Origin: Bacillota bacterium
GTDB lineage: Bacteria; Bacillota; SHA-98; UBA4971
DNA: 64,000 nt
Assembly: GCA_050261335.1 (NCBI GenBank)
Contig: JBLNDE010000050.1
Span: forward strand, 7,435 to 71,434
Direction: 5' to 3'
Below, one piece after another: positions 59,184 to 64,000 of this stretch (its first letter is position 1; every line of letters starts with the position of its first letter). The notes beneath the pieces are model-generated. The model ran no database searches, had not been told where the DNA came from, and worked only from the letters and a program-made list of their open reading frames with translations. The position numbers were made by a program, and so were the translations under genes.

Positions 59184-60062
59184 TCACACCCGCAAGTACC
59201 GCTTCACAAATACCCCGCCGGCCACGATGCCCATGAGCACGCCCATGAGGAGCAGCGCGACGCAAAGCGCGGCCACTGGCTCAGGCGCGGTGATGACCGG
59301 GATGAACGGGGCCAGCGCAGCGACATAACGCACGGCCAAGTTGTAACCGGCAAACAGCAGGAGCCCGGATATGGCGGCACCCACGAGCCCGACGACCATG
59401 CCTTCCACGAGGAATGGCCATCTTATGAACCAGTCCGTGGCGCCCACCAGCTTCATGACCTCTATCTCGCGAGCGCGCGAGATGACCGTGAGCCTGACGG
59501 TGTTCCCCACGATGAACACAACGGCCGCGACGAACAGCGCTGCGACCGCCGCTCCAGCCACTCCCACAAGTCGCATGGTGGCGAGGAGCTTCTCGGTGAA
59601 CCCCTGCCCGTAGTTCACGCCGAGCACGCCGGGGATGCGTGATATCCTGGCGGCCACCTCCGAGGTGCGCTCGGGATCCTCGACCTTCACGTCGAACGCA
59701 TCGGGCAGCGGGTTGTCGCCGACCACATCCAGCAAGCCCGCGCGCTCGCCAAGCTGGCCGCGCAGCCGCCGCAGCGCCTCGGCCTTGCTCACGAAAGCCA
59801 CCTGCGCCACGCCGTCAGTCCCCCGGATCTGCTCCCTCACGGCTGCGACTCCCTCGGGGGACAGGCCGTCCTCCAGAAATGCCCGGATCTCGATCCTGGC
59901 CTGTAGCGACTGAGAGATATGGTCGAGGTTCATCAGGATGAGCGCAAGCGCACCCAGGACGAACAGGGATGCAGCGATGGTTCCGAGAGATATGAGGCTG
60001 ACGTTGCGCCTGGCCGAGTGCCAGCCCTCAGCCAGGAAGTACCATACCGTGGTCAGCCTCAC
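59184..60062 (-). CDS. ftsX: Cell-division ABC transporter permease FtsX
   Basis: FtsX topology (TM1, large extracellular loop, 3 TMs). Directly downstream of ftsE. Confidence 0.9.
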   Translation of the reverse strand: MRLTTVWYFLAEGWHSARRNVSLISLGTIAASLFVLGALALILMNLDHISQSLQARIEIRAFLEDGLSPEGVAAVREQIRGTDGVAQVAFVSKAEALRRLRGQLGERAGLLDVVGDNPLPDAFDVKVEDPERTSEVAARISRIPGVLGVNYGQGFTEKLLATMRLVGVAGAAVAALFVAAVVFIVGNTVRLTVISRAREIEVMKLVGATDWFIRWPFLVEGMVVGLVGAAISGLLLFAGYNLAVRYVAALAPFIPVITAPEPVAALCVALLLMGVLMGIVAGGVFVKRYLRV

Positions 60063-60747
60063 GCCCGTATGCTCCTCTCTCGTCGTCTCTGACGATCTTT
60101 CCGCAATCCAGCTCGATGACGCGGCGCATCATGCCGTTGACTATGGACCTGTTGTGGGTCGCCATGATGACCGTCGTGCCTCTCTTGTTGATCCGCAGGA
60201 GCAACTCCATGATACCCCATGACGTATCGAGGTCCAGGTTGCCTGTGGGCTCGTCAGCCAGCAGAATCGTGGGGTCGCCTACGATGGCGCGAGCAACGGA
60301 CACGCGCTGCTGTTCCCCACCGGAAAGCTCGCCGGGGTACGCGCGGGCCTTGTCTGCGATGCCTACGAGCTCGAGCGCTTCCAGCACTCGCACCCGGATC
60401 TGACGCGGGTTGGCCTCTGTCACGCGGAGCGCGAAAGCCACGTTCTCGTATGCCGTCTTGTTAGGCAGGAGCTTGTAGTCCTGGAAGATCATCCTCACCG
60501 CCCGGCGCAGGTATGGGACCTCCGACGGCCTCATGCGCACCACGTTGCGGCCGTCCACGATGACCTGGCCCTGCGTGGGAAGCACCTGCCTCATGAGGAG
60601 GTTCATGAATGTGGTCTTCCCCGCCCCACTCGGGCCCACCAGAAAAACGAACTCGCCCTGCCTGATGTACGTGTCGGCGTTGAGGAGCCCCACGGCTCCG
60701 TTCGGGTACACCTTCGACACGCTGTAGAGGCGGATCAACGTCATCAC
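60028..60747 (-). CDS. ftsE: Cell-division ATP-binding protein FtsE
   Basis: GPSGAGKTT, LSGGEQQRV, ILLADEPTGNLD. Confidence 0.93.
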   Translation of the reverse strand: MMTLIRLYSVSKVYPNGAVGLLNADTYIRQGEFVFLVGPSGAGKTTFMNLLMRQVLPTQGQVIVDGRNVVRMRPSEVPYLRRAVRMIFQDYKLLPNKTAYENVAFALRVTEANPRQIRVRVLEALELVGIADKARAYPGELSGGEQQRVSVARAIVGDPTILLADEPTGNLDLDTSWGIMELLLRINKRGTTVIMATHNRSIVNGMMRRVIELDCGKIVRDDERGAYGREADHGMVLPG

Positions 60748-60867
60748 TTCCCGGAATTCCTGGAAAATCGAGCTTACCAGCTATACTTCGATAGGCTTCG
60801 GCGAAAACCTCCTCACTTCTCGAAGAACTATCTTCCAGGCGGCCTCGGAAAGCGGCCGAGATGCCAT

Positions 60868-61470
60868 TCATGTGGCGATGTGCAGCAGGAGCGCCCAAGC
60901 CTCTCTCGGGTGCTTCGTCTGGACGCTGATGGTATAGACGGTGTCGGCGTCCTTCGCGAGGCCGTATATCCCGCCCTGGACGCGCATCCCCTCGAGCAAC
61001 TCCGGGCCGGGTCCCCCTTCGTCGCCGCTTTCCTCGATGAACGGCCCCAGGTTCACGAGCGCCCCCTTCTGCGCGTAAAACTCGTACCTCTCCCGCGGCA
61101 GGTACATGACGTCCGGAGCGTCCTGCGCTGCCATGAGCACGATGAGCTTCTGCTCGTATGCCGTGATCCCGCCGGCGATCTGCACGGCCGGAGCGGTCTC
61201 GACCTCCACCCTGACGCCGGGGTTCGCGGCCTCGAAGCCTTTCACGGCCTCCTCGACCCGCTGCTGCTCATGAGGATCTCCCCATATCGAGAGCCGCAGG
61301 GTCACCCCCGCATTCTCCGGCTTCCCGCATCCTGCCACGGAAAGCGCCAGCCCCACGCAAGCCGCCGCGACGATGCACGTCCGCCGGGCGGCTGTCGCTG
61401 TCATCCGCGGTATCCTGCCCATCGACGTCACCTCCTGTGACGCAGCGGTAAGGCGGTGTAGGCAAGTCAC
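60868..61470 (-). pseudogene. Short solute-binding-lipoprotein-like ORF (200 aa), probably an internally deleted/truncated remnant
   Basis: Lipobox LSVAGC. The N-terminal ~130 aa resemble family-1 sugar-binding proteins. IYGLAKDADTVYTISVQTKHPREAW juxtaposes segments normally ~100 aa apart, and the ORF ends shortly after. No cognate permease genes are present. Confidence 0.4.
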
Positions 61471-62432
61471 CGCGCACCGGAACGCCTTCTCTCGACTGCC
61501 CTCAGCGCCGCCTTCACGATGTCCTCGGAAAGAAGACCGTAAGCCCGGAGGAGTTCCTCCGGCGTCCCCGACTGGCCGAACGCGTCCCGGATGCCGACGC
61601 GCTCCACGGGCACGGGGCAGCGCCCGGCCGTTATCTCACACACCGCGCTCCCGAGCCCCCCTATGACGTTATGCTCCTCGGCAGTCACAATGGCGCCCGT
61701 CTCGCGGGCAGCTGCGACCACCGCGTCCTCATCGGCAGGCTTGATCGTGGCCATGTCGAGCACCCTCGCCGACAAGCCCTCCCCTTCAGCAAGGCGCGAT
61801 GCGGCCTCGAGAGCCGAAGCTACCAGCACGCCGCACGCGATGATGGTGACATCGCCGCCCTCCCGGAGAAGCGCCGCCCGCCCAATCCGGAAGCCGTAGT
61901 CGTCGTCGAATACCACCGGCACGCCGCTCCGCCCCAGGCGTATGTACACCGGCCCGCTGTGCTCTGCTGCCGCGAATACCGCCTTTTCCGTCTCGACGGC
62001 GTCCGCCGGGACGATCACCGTCATGCCCGGGATCGCTCTCATGAGAGCGACATCCTCGACGGACTGGTGGGACGCGCCGTCCTCGCCCACGGTGATCCCG
62101 CCATGGCTCGCGCCTATCTTCACGTTGAGGCCGGGATACGCGATGACCTGCCGCACCTGGTCGAAGGCCCTGCCCGCCGCGAACACCGCGAACGTGCTGG
62201 CGAACGGGATCTTGCCTGACGCCGCCAGGCCCGCCGCGGTCCCCATCATATCAGCCTCCGCTATGCCCATATCGAAGAACCTCTCTGGGAACCTGGCCGC
62301 AAACTCGTCGGTCTTCGTGGATTTCGCAAGGTCTGCGTCGAGGACCACGACGTCGGGGTTGACTTCGCCCAATTTCACCAGGGCCTTGCCGTACGCCGCG
62401 CGCGTCGCTATCTTTTTCGGTACATCTGTCAT
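61467..62432 (-). CDS. Transketolase, C-terminal (pyrimidine-binding) subunit
   Basis: RAAYGKALVKLG...FFDMGIAEADMMGTAAGLA pattern. ATG at 62432 preceded by GGAGG. Confidence 0.9.
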   Translation of the reverse strand: MTDVPKKIATRAAYGKALVKLGEVNPDVVVLDADLAKSTKTDEFAARFPERFFDMGIAEADMMGTAAGLAASGKIPFASTFAVFAAGRAFDQVRQVIAYPGLNVKIGASHGGITVGEDGASHQSVEDVALMRAIPGMTVIVPADAVETEKAVFAAAEHSGPVYIRLGRSGVPVVFDDDYGFRIGRAALLREGGDVTIIACGVLVASALEAASRLAEGEGLSARVLDMATIKPADEDAVVAAARETGAIVTAEEHNVIGGLGSAVCEITAGRCPVPVERVGIRDAFGQSGTPEELLRAYGLLSEDIVKAALRAVERRRSGAR

Positions 62433-62504
62433 GAGACCCTCCGCCTCCGTTCTGCTCGGACTCGATGCCGGGCCGTGCATCCCCGTGCCCAGGGCAGGCC
62501 CCGG

Positions 62505-63383
62505 CTACAGCGTATCATGCTCGATTCGGCGGACGGCCTCCTCCGCCTGCTCGTGCGATGGGGCCTTCCCGTGCCAGTCCACGGCGTTCTCCATGAAGGG
62601 TACGCCCCTGCCCTTCACCGTGCGCGCCACGACCACAGTGGGCCTCCCCTTCGTCGCCTTCGCCTCTTCGCACGCCGCGAAGATCGCCCTGATGTCGTGG
62701 CCGTCTATCTCCAACACGTGCCACCCGAAAGCCCGCCACCTTGCAGCGACATTATCGAGGGACTTGACGTCCCGCACAGGGCCGTCGATCTGAAGGCCGT
62801 TGTGGTCCACGAAGGCTGTGAGATTGTCCAGCTTCCGGTGGACCGACGTCATAGCGGCCTCCCACACCTGGCCCTCCTCGAGCTCACCGTCGCCGAGAAG
62901 GACGTACACCCGCGTTGGGCGCCCGTCGAGCCTCGCCGCCAGGGCCATCCCGTTGGCCGTCGAGAGGCCCTGACCGAGCGACCCCGTGGACATCTCCACG
63001 CCCGGAGTATGCTTCATACTCGGGTGGCCCTGGAGCCTGCTGCCGAGCTTCCGCAGGGTGAGCAGTTCCTCCACGGGGAAGAACCCCGCCTCCGCCAGCA
63101 CCGCATAGAGCGCCGGCGCGGCGTGCCCCTTGGACAGCACGAACCTGTCCCTGTCGGGCCAGCCCGGGTCTTTCGGGCTAATCCTCATCACCTTGAAATA
63201 GAGCGTGGCAAGGATCTCCGCGGACGACAGGGACCCGCCGGGATGGCCGGACCCCGCCTCGGCGGTCGCCCTGAGCACGTGGACCCTTAGCTGTCTCGCC
63301 TTTTCCTTCAGCATGCGGACATCGTCTTCCGCAAGGCCCGTCACCGGGCAGCAGCACGTGTCGCCATCGAGCATGATCGTCAC
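62505..63383 (-). CDS. Transketolase, N-terminal (TPP-binding) subunit
   Basis: GSGHPGGSLS and GDGELEEGQVWEA motifs. Confidence 0.9.
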   Translation of the reverse strand: MTIMLDGDTCCCPVTGLAEDDVRMLKEKARQLRVHVLRATAEAGSGHPGGSLSSAEILATLYFKVMRISPKDPGWPDRDRFVLSKGHAAPALYAVLAEAGFFPVEELLTLRKLGSRLQGHPSMKHTPGVEMSTGSLGQGLSTANGMALAARLDGRPTRVYVLLGDGELEEGQVWEAAMTSVHRKLDNLTAFVDHNGLQIDGPVRDVKSLDNVAARWRAFGWHVLEIDGHDIRAIFAACEEAKATKGRPTVVVARTVKGRGVPFMENAVDWHGKAPSHEQAEEAVRRIEHDTL

Positions 63384-64000
63384 TCCTTATGTCGCTGCAT
63401 CGCGAATTTCTCCGCAAGGACCTGTAACATGAACCTGGGCAGTGCAAGCATCCGAACGAACCTCCTCGGCTCGCGCACGAGGCGATACAACCACTCGAAA
63501 CCCATCTCGCCCATCCACTTGGGCGCGCGGGACGCGCGGCCCGCCAGCACGTCGAGGCTGCCGCCGACCCCGATGCATACCGACGGACGGAGCCTGGCTC
63601 TGTTGCCGGCCGCCCACCTGTCCTGGCGCGGCGCACCCATGGCCACGAACACGAGCCGCGCACCGCTTGCGTTTATCCTCTCGACCACCGCCTGTTCGTC
63701 CTGGCACCTGAAGAAACCGTGATGTGTCCCGGCTATCCGAAGCCCTGGAAGGCGCGCCGCAAGCCGCGCCGCAGCCTCCTCCGCCACGCCGGGTGCCGCC
63801 CCCAGAAGAAAGACGGGCCAATCCTCCGCGGCCGCGCATGCGACCAGCTCCTGCATGAGGTCGAATCCGGCCACCCTGGCAGGAAGCGGCCTCCCAAGCA
63901 CGCGTGACGCCCACACGATGCCGGCGCCGTCCGGGACCACCAGGTCCGCGGTGTTGATGATCGCGGCAAGGTCCGGGTCGTGCCTGGCAATCATGGCCAT
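63380..64000 (-). CDS. WecB/TagA/CpsF-family glycosyltransferase (N-terminus beyond window edge)
   Basis: ADLVVPDGAGIVWASR...VFLLGAAPGV...VFVAMGAPRQDRW...GFEWLYRL motifs. Confidence 0.85.
   Translation of the reverse strand: MAMIARHDPDLAAIINTADLVVPDGAGIVWASRVLGRPLPARVAGFDLMQELVACAAAEDWPVFLLGAAPGVAEEAAARLAARLPGLRIAGTHHGFFRCQDEQAVVERINASGARLVFVAMGAPRQDRWAAGNRARLRPSVCIGVGGSLDVLAGRASRAPKWMGEMGFEWLYRLVREPRRFVRMLALPRFMLQVLAEKFAMQRHKE

Overview
High-GC (about 60-65% by eye) bacterial chromosome segment with Firmicutes-style gene order (cdaA-cdaR-glmM-glmS; ftsE-ftsX-M23-ctp; uvrB-uvrA-uvrC). Positions 1 to ~15471 are the right-hand part of a temperate prophage or phage-like integrative element. It sits against the 3' end of tRNA-His(GTG) at 15472-15548, and its left end lies outside the window. 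On the minus strand the element carries an early/recombination block: SbcC/SbcD-like nucleases, several unassigned ORFs and an excisionase-type HTH. It also has two tandem divergent XRE (CI/Cro-like) switches, one paired with an ImmA-type protease. An ~8-kb plus-strand block follows: a lipoprotein, a three-gene exported-protein cassette, a beta-class DNA methyltransferase fused to an Mrr-like nuclease domain, a large unknown ORF overlapping a PIN-domain gene, and a tyrosine integrase. The remaining ~48.5 kb is core genome. It encodes a sugar ABC transporter, MFS transporter and GH36 alpha-galactosidase; a BMP-family ABC transporter; lpd, alr, nnr, acpS, glmS, glmM, cdaR, cdaA and an ApgM-type mutase; PBP1A and a Cof-type HAD hydrolase; a DUF2089 / SHOCT / DUF4097 / holin-family cluster; uvrBAC; a PDZ membrane protein, Ctp, an M23 peptidase, ftsX and ftsE; split transketolase; and a partial tagA-like gene. 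The most unusual non-genic signal is a 378-bp array of 13 strictly phased (31/30/30 bp) copies of a GT(G/T)(A/C)-N6-TCAC motif that exactly fills the gap between the convergent PBP1A and HAD genes. Others are a family of ~113-bp palindromic intergenic elements (4 copies), a 62-bp near-identical leader repeat downstream of both Cro-like genes, clear operator palindromes inside consensus promoters, and a duplicated methyltransferase 5' end bracketing the exported-protein cassette. The best candidate for an undescribed protein system is the unknown-ORF/PIN pair beside the methyltransferase-nuclease fusion. Family assignments come from motifs read by eye; no database search was run. Many long ORFs antisense to real genes are treated as high-GC shadow ORFs.
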